A DNA stretch of 64,000 nucleotides. Origin: Clostridia bacterium (GTDB taxonomy: Bacteria > Bacillota > Clostridia > TANB77 > CAG-508). This document shows positions 1-10,952 of the stretch, piece by piece. Each line of letters begins with the position of its first letter. Positions within the stretch are counted from its first letter, which is position 1. The notes under the pieces are model-generated. The model was not told the DNA's origin, searched no databases, and saw only the letters and a list, made by a program, of their open reading frames with translations. Where the stretch lies: NCBI GenBank assembly GCA_017469445.1, contig JAFUGK010000007.1, positions 111,058-175,057 of the forward strand, given 5' to 3'. Both the position numbers and the translations under genes were made by a program.

Positions 1-446
1 AAGAAAAAAGATTGCATATATATAATAGTTTAAAATATGCTTCATATAATATTGCTTTTAGAAGAAAAAAGATAAAGAATAAAAACATAAAATTTAATAC
101 TAGATTTGGACCTAATGCTAATTATAAAAGTGGCGGAGATGATACTATATTCATAGTTGATTGTTTAAAAAACAAATTAAAAATATATTCAAGCCCTAAA
201 AATATAGGAAAAATATGTGGAAATGAATCAACTTGGTTCAAAGGATATGACGAAAAATATTTTTTTGATAGAGGAGCTTTGTTTACTGAAATAAGTATAA
301 GATACAGAAAGTTATTAATATTACAACATTTATTAAGGCATAAAGAGTTTTTGCAAGATGTTAAATTTTTTACTGCACTAAAAAATATGTTAAAAGGTTC
401 AAATGATTATATTAATAAATATAAAAAAGGAAAAAAGGTTTTATGA
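1..446 (+). CDS. glycosyltransferase, C-terminal portion (5' end lies outside window)
   Basis: Frame-3 ORF is open to the window edge. Its stop overlaps the next GT start (ATGA). It sits in the glycan locus and its sequence resembles GT family C-terminal regions. Confidence 0.45.
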   Translation, partial: EKRLHIYNSLKYASYNIAFRRKKIKNKNIKFNTRFGPNANYKSGGDDTIFIVDCLKNKLKIYSSPKNIGKICGNESTWFKGYDEKYFFDRGALFTEISIRYRKLLILQHLLRHKEFLQDVKFFTALKNMLKGSNDYINKYKKGKKVL

Positions 447-1552
447 AGAAAGTTTTACAAGTAACAATTGGAGATACATTTAGAGGCACTGAAAAAATAG
501 AATTGGATTGGTTTAGAATTATAAACAAAGAAGTAAAATTTGATTTTTTAGTAGTAGATGATAAGGTCTTTAATTTGTATAAAGATGAAATTAATAAATT
601 AGGTGGAAATATTTATAATATAAATGTAAAATATACTAGTTTGAAAAATAAAATTATATATTTTTATCGATTATATAAATTTTTAAGAAATAATCAATAT
701 GATGCAATACATATAAATTCTTCAGCTTTCTTTTATTCTTTTATTGTAGCTATAATATCTAAATTAAAAAAAATACCTAAAATAATTATTCATAGCCACA
801 GTTTACCACTTATAAATAAAACCAAAAAAAGTATAATTAAACTTTTGAATCCAGTATATAGAGTATTTTTTGATGAATATTTAGCATGCTCCAAAAAAGC
901 TGCAAATGCGTTATTTACTAATAATTTCATAAAGAAAGATGGAGTTAAAATATTAAAAAATGGGATTGATATAGAAAAATTTAAATTTAATGAAAACTTA
1001 AGAAAAGAATACAGAAAGAAGTTTAATATATCTAATGAAATTGTATTGGGTAATGTTGGGGTATTAGAAAATCAAAAAAATCACATGTATTTGATAGATA
1101 TTTTCTATGAAATACAAAAAATAAATACAAATACAATTCTTTTACTAATAGGAGAAGGAAAAGATAAAGAAAAAATTCAAGAAAAAGTAAAAAAACTGAA
1201 AATTGAAGAAAAAGTAAAATTTTTAGGATTTAGGGATGATGTAAGTAATATATTAAACTGTATGGATATTTTTATATTTCCAAGTTTGTCTGAAGAACTT
1301 GGAATAGCAGCAATAGAAGCGCAAACAAATGGATTAATAACGTATTGCTCAACAAAAGTACCAGAAGAAGCAAAGATTTCTAATAATTTTAGATTTTTTA
1401 ACTTGGATGAAAAGCCATATGAAATTGCAAGAAAAATTTATAATGAGAATATAAATATAGAAAATAGGTATATTGCATTTGAATATACATTGAAATGTGG
1501 ATATGACATAAAAGATGTTAGTTATGAATTATTAAAAATATATTTAAATTGA
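443..1552 (+). CDS. glycosyltransferase family 1 (GT4-type)
   Basis: 369 aa; C-terminal EELGIAAIEAQTNGLITYCS... E-x7-E/GT1 signature; typical length. Confidence 0.8.
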   Translation: MKKVLQVTIGDTFRGTEKIELDWFRIINKEVKFDFLVVDDKVFNLYKDEINKLGGNIYNINVKYTSLKNKIIYFYRLYKFLRNNQYDAIHINSSAFFYSFIVAIISKLKKIPKIIIHSHSLPLINKTKKSIIKLLNPVYRVFFDEYLACSKKAANALFTNNFIKKDGVKILKNGIDIEKFKFNENLRKEYRKKFNISNEIVLGNVGVLENQKNHMYLIDIFYEIQKINTNTILLLIGEGKDKEKIQEKVKKLKIEEKVKFLGFRDDVSNILNCMDIFIFPSLSEELGIAAIEAQTNGLITYCSTKVPEEAKISNNFRFFNLDEKPYEIARKIYNENINIENRYIAFEYTLKCGYDIKDVSYELLKIYLN

Positions 1553-1572
1553 ATACATATAGGAGAATTATA

Positions 1573-2670
1573 ATGTTTGATTATTTAATAGTTGGTTCGG
1601 GATTATTTGGCTCAACTTTTGCATTTGAAATGTCTAAGAAATAAAAAATGCTTAGTTATAGATAAAAGAAACCATATAGGAGGAAATACTTATTGCCAAA
1701 GAATTAATGGTATAAATATACATAAATATGGACCACATATATTTCATACAAATAACAAAAGAATTTGGGATTATATTAATCAATTTACAGAGTTTAATAA
1801 TTTTATATGCTCACCAATTGCAAATTATAAAGGTGAGATATACAATTTACCATTTAATATGAATACTTTTGCAAAGATGTGGAATATAGAAAGACCTAGT
1901 CAAGCAAAAGAAAAAATTGAAAAGCAAAAAAGAGAATACAATATTTCAAATCCTAAAAATTTAGAAGAACAGGCAATATCTCTTGTGGGAAAAGAAATAT
2001 ACGAGAAATTAATTAAAGAATATACAGAAAAACAGTGGAGAAAAGAATGTAAAGATTTACCAGCTTCTATTATAAATAGATTACCTGTTAGATATATATA
2101 TATGATAATAATTATTATAATGATCGATACCAAGGAATACCAATTGACGGGTATAATGTGATTATAGAAGAAATGTTGAAAAATGTAGAAACTAAAACAG
2201 GAATAGATTATTTAGAACACAGGGAAGAACTAAAGAGTATTGCTAAAAGAATAGTTTATACAGGTATGATAGATGAATATTTTGAATATAAACTAGGAGA
2301 ACTAGAATGGCGTTCATTAAAGTTTGAAGATGTAATTTTAGAAAATGTGGATAATTTTCAAGGAAATGCAATAGTAAATTATACAAGCAAAGAAGAAAAA
2401 TATACAAGAATAATAGAACATAAGCACTTTGAGTTTAATAAATGCACGGGAACAGTAATAACAAAAGAATATCCAATTAAGTGGAAAAGAGGTATAGAGG
2501 CGTATTATCCGATAAATGATAATAAGAATAATCTTTTGCTTTCAAGGTATAAAGAATTAGCCCAAAAAGAAAAAAATGTTATTTTTGGAGGAAGATTAGG
2601 AGAGTATAGCTATTATGATATGGATAAAGTTATAGAAAAAGCATTAGAATGTGTTGAGAATGAAATATAA
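1573..2670 (+). pseudogene. glf: UDP-galactopyranose mutase (glf), interrupted by two frameshifts (frames 1->2->1)
   Basis: N-terminus MFDYLIVGSGLFGS (FAD Rossmann) in frame 1 stops at 1642. The middle KRNHIGGNTY...HIFHT...EEQAISLVG segment is in frame 2. The C-terminal DNNYYNDRYQGIPIDGY...YYPINDNKN segment returns to frame 1. Shift sites are an A6 run (1643-1648) and an (AT)6 run (2092-2103). Confidence 0.7.
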
Positions 2671-2690
2671 AGGAGTTATTTAGCAAAAAT

Positions 2691-4206
2691 ATGAGAGGAA
2701 AAAATGCAATATTAAATATAATTTCATCATTTGGATTACAAATTATCACAATAACATGTGGATTTATAATTCCTAAAATGATAATTGTGAACTATGGCTC
2801 TAATGTTAATGGATTAATAACATCAATTACTCAGTTCTTAAAATATATAGTATTACTAGAAGTTGGATTTGGACCAGTAGTAAAATCTATACTATATAAG
2901 CCAATAGCAAACCAAGATAAATATAAAATACAAGAAATATTAAAGGCATCAGAAAAGTTTTTTAGAATAATTGCATATATATTTATGGCTTATATAGTTG
3001 TTTTATGCATAATATTGCCAATGATAGTATTAAATGAATTTGATACTTTATTTACAATATCATTAATAATTATCATTGCAATAAGCACTTTTGCAGAGTA
3101 TTTTTTAGGAATGACATATAAATTATATATACAGGCAGAACAGAAAACATATATAATATCAAATATTCAGCTTATAACCTTAATACTAAATACAATATGT
3201 ACAATAGCTTTAATTTATTCTGGAATGAATATTCAAATAGTAAAACTAGCTACAGCCTTCATATTTGTATTAAGGCCAATCTTACAAATGATATATGTAA
3301 AGAAAAAGTATAACATAGATTTAAAAAATGTTAAAGACGATTATAATATAAAGCAAAAATGGTATGGATTAGCACAGCACATAGCATATATTGTTTATAA
3401 TAATACAGATGTAGTAATACTAACAGTATTTACAAATATAGTGGAAGTCTCAGTATATTCAATTTATATGTTAGTAGTAAGTAGCATAAAAAATATAGTT
3501 ATGTCTTTCTCATCTGGAATAGATGCAATATTTGGTAATATGATAGCAAAACGGAGAACAAGAGAATTTAAATAAAAATTTTAAGACATACGAAGAATTT
3601 TACTTTTCAGTAGCTACAATTTTATTTGCATCTACACTTGTGCTGATAATACCATTTATAAGTATATATACAAAAGATATAACAGATGCAAACTATATAA
3701 GACCAATATTTGCATATTTACTGGTTTTAGCAGAATTTATGTGGATGATAAGAAAACCATATCATGATATGGTAAAAACAGTGGGGCATTTTAAACAAAC
3801 TCAAATAGGGGCATGGGTAGAAGCTATAGTTAATATTGTGTTATCAATTATACTTGTATTAAAATTTGGAATAGTAGGAGTAGCAATAGGGACATTAATT
3901 GCTACACTAATAAGAACAATAGAGCTTATGTATTATACTTCAAAAAACATATTAAAAAGAAGTGTAGGGTATACATTTAAACGACTTTTAGTAATAGCAA
4001 TAGAAATCGTATTAATAGTTTTGATAATAAATGTAATGCCATCAATAGAAATAACAAATTACTTAACTTGGGCTATTTATTCTTTGGGAGTTTTTGCAAT
4101 CTCTAGTTTAATAGTATTTGTAATTGATTGGTTGGTATATAAAGAAAACATAAAAACATTGATTGAAAGAATAAAAAACATGAAAAGGACTGAAAAATAT
4201 GAATAA
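2691..4206 (+). pseudogene. Wzx-like polysaccharide flippase (PST family), single frameshift near 3547-3556
   Basis: The two ORFs (294 aa + 188 aa) together give ~12-14 TM helices. Frame 1 reads ...NGEQENLNKNFKTYEEF... continuously into the second ORF. The frame switch falls at an A4 run (gcaaaacgg). The typical Wzx ...AKNxxE... motif is reconstituted if one A is added. Confidence 0.65.
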
Positions 4207-5158
4207 ATATTTAGTTACAGGAGGAGCTGGATTTATAGGCTCTTCATTGTGTAAAGAATTGTTAAAACAGGGAAAACAAGTGGTGGTTATAGATAATTTT
4301 TGTGATTTCTATGTCCCTCGAATTAAAGAAAACAATATAAAAGAATTTGAAGGAAATCCAAATTTTAAAATATATAAAAAAGATATAAGAGATAGAAAAT
4401 CTATTAGGCAAGTGTTTGAGAAAAATGACATAGAGATAGTTATACATTTGGCAGCAATGGCAGGGGTAAGACCATCAATAGAGAATCCAATTCTGTATCA
4501 AGAGGTAAATTGTATAGGGACACAAAATATATTAGAAGAAATGAAAGAGCAGGGCATTAAAAATTTAGTTTTAGCATCGTCTAGTAGTGTATATGGTAAT
4601 TGCAAGCAAACACCATTTAAAGAAGATATGAATGTGGATTTTGCAATAAGTCCGTATGCAGCAACTAAAAAAGCAAATGAAGTAATGGCACATGTTTACC
4701 ATAAACTATATGGTATGAATGTAATGGTGTTAAGGTTTTTTACAGTATATGGACCAAAGCAAAGACCAGATTTAGCAATAAATAAGTTTACAAGATTAAT
4801 GCTAGAAAATAAAGAAATTCCAATGTATGGAGATGGAAGCACAGCTAGAGATTATACATATATAGATGATATTGTAGATGGAATAATTAAGTCATGTGAG
4901 TATATACAAAAAAATGATAATGTTTATGAAATAATAAATTTGGGGAATTCAAGACCAATACCATTAAAACAAATGATAAATACAATAGAAAATGCACTAG
5001 GAGTATACGCAAAAATAAAGCAATTACCAATGCAGCCCGGTGATGTAAATATAACTTATGCAGATATTTCTAAAGCAAAAGAATTAATTGGATATGAACC
5101 AAAAACACCATTTGAAGAAGGAATAAAAAAATTTGTAAATTGGTATAAAAAGTATTGA
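4199..5158 (+). CDS. NAD-dependent epimerase/dehydratase (UDP-sugar 4-epimerase-like)
   Basis: N-terminal TGGAGFIGS Rossmann motif; catalytic YAATK motif; 319 aa. Confidence 0.85.
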   Translation: MNKYLVTGGAGFIGSSLCKELLKQGKQVVVIDNFCDFYVPRIKENNIKEFEGNPNFKIYKKDIRDRKSIRQVFEKNDIEIVIHLAAMAGVRPSIENPILYQEVNCIGTQNILEEMKEQGIKNLVLASSSSVYGNCKQTPFKEDMNVDFAISPYAATKKANEVMAHVYHKLYGMNVMVLRFFTVYGPKQRPDLAINKFTRLMLENKEIPMYGDGSTARDYTYIDDIVDGIIKSCEYIQKNDNVYEIINLGNSRPIPLKQMINTIENALGVYAKIKQLPMQPGDVNITYADISKAKELIGYEPKTPFEEGIKKFVNWYKKY

Positions 5159-5250
5159 CAAATTTGATTAAGTTATGATATGAATATAAAAACAAGGAGA
5201 TAATTTTTAGATAAGTCTCATCACATAAAAACGAAAGGATGAAGAAATTT

Positions 5251-6636
5251 ATGAAAATGACAAAAGATCAAAAAGCTATAACATTAATAGCATTAGTAAT
5301 TACAATAATAGTATTATTAATACTAGCAGGAGTAGCATTAGCCACATTAACAGGAAATACAAGCATAATAGACAATGCAAATTATGCAGTAACAGAATAT
5401 AATAAATCTGCAAATGGAGACCAAAATGTATTAAACCAAGTAGAAGAATTATTTGCAAGATATATGGGAAATGGAAATAATGAGCAAACAGCAGCTATTC
5501 AAGCACAATATGGAGATTTAGTAGACCCATCTAAAGACAAAATAAATCAAGAATTATTTACTTATGAAACATATGAACCTGGGGAAACAATAGGTTTAGT
5601 AAGGCATGTGTCAGGAGAAAATAAAACAGGAGGAATGGTATCTAGAGGAGATACACCTAGTGCCCAGGAAAAAGGGTCAGCCAAAATAACAGGAATAAAT
5701 TGGGAATATTTTTCAGATGAATATTTTGACGAAGGTGACTCAGTGGTGTCAGGATCTTCAGGATTGTATGAACGTGATTTAACGGTAACAAGTGCGGAAA
5801 AAAAGCAACAAGTAGAACAGGCTTTAAAAAAATTGATAATACCGGCCGAGATAGAGAAAAATGGCAAAAAATATGTTGTGAAAGAAGTAGAATTAACTGA
5901 GACATTAAAATTTAGCTCATACGACGGTGAAGAAGGAGATTATATGCCATTTTTAGCAACTACAGATTTTTATGCCGAGGCTGGAGCAACATCAAGTAAT
6001 GCTACTTATTTAATAATTCCGGCTTGTGTTGAAAAGATAGATAATTGCATATATCTTCCAAGGGATTATGTGCTTTTTGCTCCAAATAGTAAGGTAAAAG
6101 AAGTTTCATTTCACGGAAATGAATTCATACAAGGCGTTTCTTTACCAGAGAATTTAACAGGAGAAAATGTAATATATTTTAGTGGATGTAAAAATCTGAA
6201 ATCAATAAAAATTCCTAATGGTATTACAAGATTGGGATATCAAACTTTTGCTTCATGTAGTAGTTTAGAAACTGTAGAAATGGGAGCAGGTATAGTAGAA
6301 ATTGATACTTTTGTATTTGCAGCATGTGATTCGTTAAAAAATATAGTTTTAAATGATAATCTAAAGAATGTAAATGAAAACGCTTTTACAGGGTGTAATG
6401 GGTTAAAAACCATGACAATTCCAGGAGGTATTAGATCATTAGGAGCGGAACTTTTTGAATATTGTGATGAGTTGGAAATGGAATCAATAACATATAACAA
6501 TGTAGTATATACAAAAATAGCAGATTTAATAGCAGCCCTAAAGGCAAATAATGTTACATTTGTTGAAACAGAGCAAACTACTTTGCCTTATGATAAGCCA
6601 ACCTTTCAAGGTGTGCTTCTTTCAGGTGATAGATAA
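5251..6636 (+). CDS. surface protein, paralog A: pilin-like N-terminal leader/TM module + BspA-type leucine-rich repeats
   Basis: N-terminus MKMTKDQKA|ITLIALVITIIVLLILAGVALATL, then a conserved amphipathic stalk (IIDNANYAVTEYNKSAN.DQNVLNQVE.LF) shared with 5 other loci. C-terminal LRR_5 (BspA-like) repeats. RBS aaagga 11 nt upstream of ATG 5251. Confidence 0.6.
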   Translation: MKMTKDQKAITLIALVITIIVLLILAGVALATLTGNTSIIDNANYAVTEYNKSANGDQNVLNQVEELFARYMGNGNNEQTAAIQAQYGDLVDPSKDKINQELFTYETYEPGETIGLVRHVSGENKTGGMVSRGDTPSAQEKGSAKITGINWEYFSDEYFDEGDSVVSGSSGLYERDLTVTSAEKKQQVEQALKKLIIPAEIEKNGKKYVVKEVELTETLKFSSYDGEEGDYMPFLATTDFYAEAGATSSNATYLIIPACVEKIDNCIYLPRDYVLFAPNSKVKEVSFHGNEFIQGVSLPENLTGENVIYFSGCKNLKSIKIPNGITRLGYQTFASCSSLETVEMGAGIVEIDTFVFAACDSLKNIVLNDNLKNVNENAFTGCNGLKTMTIPGGIRSLGAELFEYCDELEMESITYNNVVYTKIADLIAALKANNVTFVETEQTTLPYDKPTFQGVLLSGDR

Positions 6637-6653
6637 TAATGAATAATTATAGC

Positions 6654-6679
6654 AAAAAAGTGGCATTGCCACTTTTTTG
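6654..6679 (+). terminator. rho-independent terminator (A-tract/hairpin/T-tract)
   Basis: aaaaagtggcattgccacttttttg: 10-bp stem, 3-nt loop, T6. Confidence 0.55.
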
Positions 6680-6708
6680 TTGTAATCGCATAAAAATATG
6701 TGTATAAT
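6680..6708 (+). promoter_or_regulatory. sigma-A-type promoter (TTGTAA-N17-TGTGTATAAT)
   Basis: -35 ttgtaa 6680-6685, extended -10 tgtgtataat ending 6708; same -10 block repeated upstream of 11015 gene. Confidence 0.5.
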
Positions 6709-6732
6709 AGAAAAAAACATATGAGGTAATAT

Positions 6733-8937
6733 ATGAAAAAAATTGGAATTGCATTATTAGAATTAGTAATATTAATATTTAATTTCATAATAGGTGCAAA
6801 TGAAAAAGGATTAAGAGTTTTACCAATTAGTATATTAATGAGTTTAATAATTATATACTTAATAATAAAAAAGATTAAAGAACCTGATAAAAATATATTT
6901 TTTAAATCCAAAACTGATTATTTAGTATTACTTTTCATGCTTACAACAACTTTACCGTTTATATTTGGCACATACTGCTCATACACTAACACTGTAGAAT
7001 TCATTATAAAATATTTCTTTATTTATTCGGTTTATGTTTTGGCAAGAAATGTAATAACAGACAAAAAAGATTTAAATCAAATAATTACTGCAACACTAAT
7101 TTGCTCATTAATACCTATAATTTTGGGGATTGATAACATAAAAGGGAAATACCTATATTGGTTATGTGAAAAACTGGATTTGTTATATAGTGGCTCTGGG
7201 TCTTTTTCGGCAACTTTTGGATATGCAAATGCAGTGGCAATTTATATGTCTCTATGCTTGTTTTTATCTTTGTATAAAATCAAAAATAGCGAAAATAAAA
7301 ATGAAAAGATAATAACATTAATATATATTATATTTATATCTTATGTGATTTGGATGACAAACTCTAAAGCTGTAGTTGCCATACTTGTAGCAACTTTACT
7401 AATGTTTTTTATAATGGACAACAAGAAAAAAATTTGTGAAAATTGGAAGAAGGTTCTACTAGTATTATTAGCTGTAATAGCTCTTGGAGCACCTATAATA
7501 ATATATGCTATGGGAGTATCAACATCTGTATATATAGATGGAGATGAATATGAAGAAAAAATAAAGTATAGTTTTTTGCCAAACAAAGAGTATAAATTAG
7601 AATTAGATTTAGAATCGAGTGTAAAAGCTAAGCAAGTTAAAGATATGGCTTTTGAACTTCAAATAATACAGGAAAACCAATATTTTAAAGATAAAAAAAT
7701 TGCAAAAAAAAGATTTGGAATTGAGAATGGTATAATAGATATAGTATTTACACCTGAAGAGGATTGTAGTCGAATAAGATTAAAAATAACAAATGATTTT
7801 TATGGAAAAATAAATATTAGAAAATGTTATATAAATGGAGAAGAGTATATTCTTAAATATAAGTATTTACCTAAAGAAATAGGAAGAATATTTGTAGAAT
7901 ATAGGCTTGATCAAAAAAGCATTAAAGAAAGAATGTATATATATAGTGATTGCATAGAGATTGCTAAAAATAATTACATTATAGGTCAAGGTGGAAATAC
8001 TTGGAGAGTATTATCGCCAGTGTTTCATGATTATATGACTCTACTTAAAGAAACTCATAGTTATTTTTTTGAATTACTCATAAGCTATGGAATAGTGGGA
8101 GTGATAGCATTTTTGACATTTATAGTATCTCTATTTGTAAAAACCTTAAAAAAATTAAAGAATAACAAAGAAAAAGCATTAATATTTTTAGGAGTATTTT
8201 TGGTATTAATACATAGCTTTGTGTTTGATTTTAGTATGTCATTTATGCTTATACAGATAATAGTATACATTTATATAGCGGGATTACTAGATGACGAGCA
8301 GAATAATGAAAAAATTCCAAAGGCCCTTGACTATATATTAATACTATTTTTGATATTCATTTTGAGCGTATATATAAGAACAGATATAGCGGAGTATATA
8401 GTAAAAGATGCTAATGATAAACAAAGTATTGCTTCATATTCAAGAGAATATTGCTATAAAAAAATAGAGGCAGAAATAGAGAATAAAGAAGATAAAACCA
8501 AAATTTTAAATAATATTCAAGAACTAATGAATAAAGAGCCATATTATAATCAAACAGAATTACAAAAAAAGTATTTTAATCTAGTATGCGATAATATAGG
8601 AGAAATGTCAGATGAGGATTTAGAAAACTATTTGACATTTGTAACAGAAAAGCTAAAAACAGTAAAATTTAGGACTCCATTATTCATAGAAACAATATTA
8701 ACCAGAACAAAGGCAATTAAAGGTGCAATAAATAAATTACAGGAATACGCAAATGGATTATCTGAAGATTCTAAAACAAAAGAAATTATAGTAAATGCAG
8801 TAAAAGAATTAGAATGGGTATTAGATGGTGAATATGAAAGAAATGTTAGCAATATAGAATCAATAGATAAGACAGGCTATACAGAAAAGGATGCAAACTC
8901 AATAAAGAAAGAATATTTAGAAATCTTAAATAAGTAG
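6733..8937 (+). CDS. Wzy_C-domain membrane protein (O-antigen ligase/polymerase or O-oligosaccharyltransferase-like) with ~200-aa C-terminal soluble domain
   Basis: ~12 TM helices. Large extracytoplasmic loop ending in the ...ETHSYFFELLISYGIVG... motif (H-x2-Y...E..G..G of Wzy_C/WaaL/PglL). Lies directly downstream of pilin-like paralog A. Confidence 0.6.
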   Translation: MKKIGIALLELVILIFNFIIGANEKGLRVLPISILMSLIIIYLIIKKIKEPDKNIFFKSKTDYLVLLFMLTTTLPFIFGTYCSYTNTVEFIIKYFFIYSVYVLARNVITDKKDLNQIITATLICSLIPIILGIDNIKGKYLYWLCEKLDLLYSGSGSFSATFGYANAVAIYMSLCLFLSLYKIKNSENKNEKIITLIYIIFISYVIWMTNSKAVVAILVATLLMFFIMDNKKKICENWKKVLLVLLAVIALGAPIIIYAMGVSTSVYIDGDEYEEKIKYSFLPNKEYKLELDLESSVKAKQVKDMAFELQIIQENQYFKDKKIAKKRFGIENGIIDIVFTPEEDCSRIRLKITNDFYGKINIRKCYINGEEYILKYKYLPKEIGRIFVEYRLDQKSIKERMYIYSDCIEIAKNNYIIGQGGNTWRVLSPVFHDYMTLLKETHSYFFELLISYGIVGVIAFLTFIVSLFVKTLKKLKNNKEKALIFLGVFLVLIHSFVFDFSMSFMLIQIIVYIYIAGLLDDEQNNEKIPKALDYILILFLIFILSVYIRTDIAEYIVKDANDKQSIASYSREYCYKKIEAEIENKEDKTKILNNIQELMNKEPYYNQTELQKKYFNLVCDNIGEMSDEDLENYLTFVTEKLKTVKFRTPLFIETILTRTKAIKGAINKLQEYANGLSEDSKTKEIIVNAVKELEWVLDGEYERNVSNIESIDKTGYTEKDANSIKKEYLEILNK

Positions 8938-8962
8938 AATAGCTAAAAGGAAGAAATATAAA

Positions 8963-9919
8963 ATGGATGAACTAATAACAGTAATTATAAATGTGTATAA
9001 TAGAGAAGATTTAATACAGAAGTGCTTGGAAAGTGTAATTAATCAAACATACAAAAATCTTGAAATATTAATAATAAATGATGGATCAACGGACAATACA
9101 CTTAAAATTTGCGAGAGCTATAAGGATAGCAGAATAAGAATTATAACTACAGAAAATATGGGGCTTTCCATGTCAAGAAATGTGGGAATTGAGAATAGCA
9201 AAGGAGAGTATTTGTATTTTGTTGATAGTGATGACTTCATAGAAGACGATACTATAGAGTATTTATATGGTTTATGCAAAAAAAACGATGTAAAATTATC
9301 AACATGCATGAGTAATACAATAAATAATTACAATTTTACAAAAAAGGAAAGCAAAGAAAAAGTAAAAATAATTGATAGCTATGAAATGCTAAAAAAAGTT
9401 GTAATTGCAAAAGATACTGCAGGAACTACATGGAATAAATTATATAAAAAAGAATTGTTTGATAATATAAGATTTGAAAAAAGAATTGTAAATGATATTG
9501 TTGTTACATATAAGGTAGTTATTGAGGCTAAAAAAATTGCATATAGTAATTTGAAAAAGTATTATTATTTAAAGCACAAGGACGCAATAACCATAAAAAA
9601 TAGGAACCACTCTGATAGAGCAATGGATTTATATAATGCAGCATATGAAAGGTATAATTATTTAAAAAAAATATATCCTAATTTTTTAGAAAATGATATT
9701 GGGATGATTAGAAATATCATAAAAGTGTATCTTACAAGCAATAGTGAAGTGGAAAAATTTTTAAAAGAACAAGAAGCGTTTAAGCTGTTTAAAGAATTAT
9801 TTTCACCTAGAATTTTAACTAGTAGAATAGGATTTAAATTAAAATCAGTTATTGTATTATTTGATATAAATCCTAAATTGTGTAAAAAAATATGGGGAAT
9901 TTATGATAAAAGGAAATAA
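8963..9919 (+). CDS. glycosyltransferase family 2
   Basis: N-terminal ITVIINVYNRE...INQTY...IINDGSTDNT...DSDD motif set (GT2 DXD). Confidence 0.85.
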   Translation: MDELITVIINVYNREDLIQKCLESVINQTYKNLEILIINDGSTDNTLKICESYKDSRIRIITTENMGLSMSRNVGIENSKGEYLYFVDSDDFIEDDTIEYLYGLCKKNDVKLSTCMSNTINNYNFTKKESKEKVKIIDSYEMLKKVVIAKDTAGTTWNKLYKKELFDNIRFEKRIVNDIVVTYKVVIEAKKIAYSNLKKYYYLKHKDAITIKNRNHSDRAMDLYNAAYERYNYLKKIYPNFLENDIGMIRNIIKVYLTSNSEVEKFLKEQEAFKLFKELFSPRILTSRIGFKLKSVIVLFDINPKLCKKIWGIYDKRK

Positions 9920-9993
9920 AAGTTTGTGATTGACAATAACATATGTTTATGGTATAAAAAGTTAAGAAATTAAAGGTGAAAAGGAGAAAAATT

Positions 9994-10863
9994 ATGAAAA
10001 TAACAAAAGAACAAAAAGGTATAACCTTAATAGCATTAGTAATAACAATAATAGTGCTATTAATATTAGCTGGAGTGGCATTAGCTACATTAATAGGAAA
10101 CACAAGCATCATAGATAACGCAAATTATGCAGTAACAGAATATAATAAATCGGCAGGTAACGACCAAAATGTATTAAATCAAGTAGAGAACTTATTTGCA
10201 AAATATATGGGAAATGGAAATAATGAACAAACAGCAGCTATTCAAGAACAATATGGAGATTTGGTGGATCCTTCTAAAGATGCAATAAATCAAGATGTAT
10301 TTACATATGAATTAACTGAGCCTAGCACGTCTAGAGTGAGAACTAATGCTAATCAAGATGGAGAAAAAGGAATAGTGTCAAGAGGAGACACACCTAGTGC
10401 AGAACAAAAAAAAGGTACAGCTAAAATTACAGGAATAAATTGGGATTATTTTGCTGGCGATGGGTTTGAAATAACCACTACAGATGCTATTGAAGCGGGT
10501 GGATCTGAATTAAAACGATATATATTTGATATAACAAATTTAGAAAAGAAACAACAAATAGAAAATATATTTAAAAAACTAATAATACCATACGAAATAA
10601 ACAAAAATGGTAAAGCATATACTGTTACAGAAGTTGAGGTAAGAGAAGAAATAAACTATGAGAATGTGAATTGGAGAATGAGCGATGTAGAAGTAGAAGA
10701 AAATTTTGTGCCTTTTCTTTCAGTAACAGGTTCATATGTAGATGCTGGAGCTACAGCTGAAAATGCAACATGTGTTATTGTACCAGTATGCGTTGAAAGT
10801 TTTGTGTTTGAGTTTCCTAATGATCATACATTATATGCAGAGGGAAGCCCACTTAACAATTAG
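9994..10863 (+). CDS. surface protein paralog B (pilin-like N-module + GINW middle module; lacks LRR C-terminus, truncated variant)
   Basis: MKITKEQKG|ITLIALVITIIVLLILAGVALATL plus stalk and middle region similar to paralog A up to ...VPVCVES. It stops where the LRR region begins in A. RBS aaaggag 7 nt upstream of ATG 9994. Confidence 0.55.
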   Translation: MKITKEQKGITLIALVITIIVLLILAGVALATLIGNTSIIDNANYAVTEYNKSAGNDQNVLNQVENLFAKYMGNGNNEQTAAIQEQYGDLVDPSKDAINQDVFTYELTEPSTSRVRTNANQDGEKGIVSRGDTPSAEQKKGTAKITGINWDYFAGDGFEITTTDAIEAGGSELKRYIFDITNLEKKQQIENIFKKLIIPYEINKNGKAYTVTEVEVREEINYENVNWRMSDVEVEENFVPFLSVTGSYVDAGATAENATCVIVPVCVESFVFEFPNDHTLYAEGSPLNN

Positions 10864-10904
10864 AAGATTAGTTTGTTTATAAATTAAAACTTAATTAATG
10901 AATA

Positions 10905-10951
10905 AAAAAGCAGGTAGTTAATAATAAAATATACTTAACTACTTGCTTTTT
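10905..10951 (+). terminator. rho-independent terminator
   Basis: aagcaggtagttaa...ttaactacttgctt stem (14 bp, 1 mismatch) followed by T5. Confidence 0.5.
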
Positions 10952-10952
10952 G

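Noticed and set aside
1900-2133. Minus-strand ORF (77 aa) and similar short antisense ORFs throughout (e.g. 4262-4447, 5562-5905, 7341-7586, 15298-15600, 17927-18349, 24089-24538, 26214-26633, 40707-41162, 48290-48673, 62410-63284)
   Set aside because: All lie antisense within well-supported plus-strand genes. They are low-complexity, AT-codon-driven and have no RBS. They are treated as spurious.
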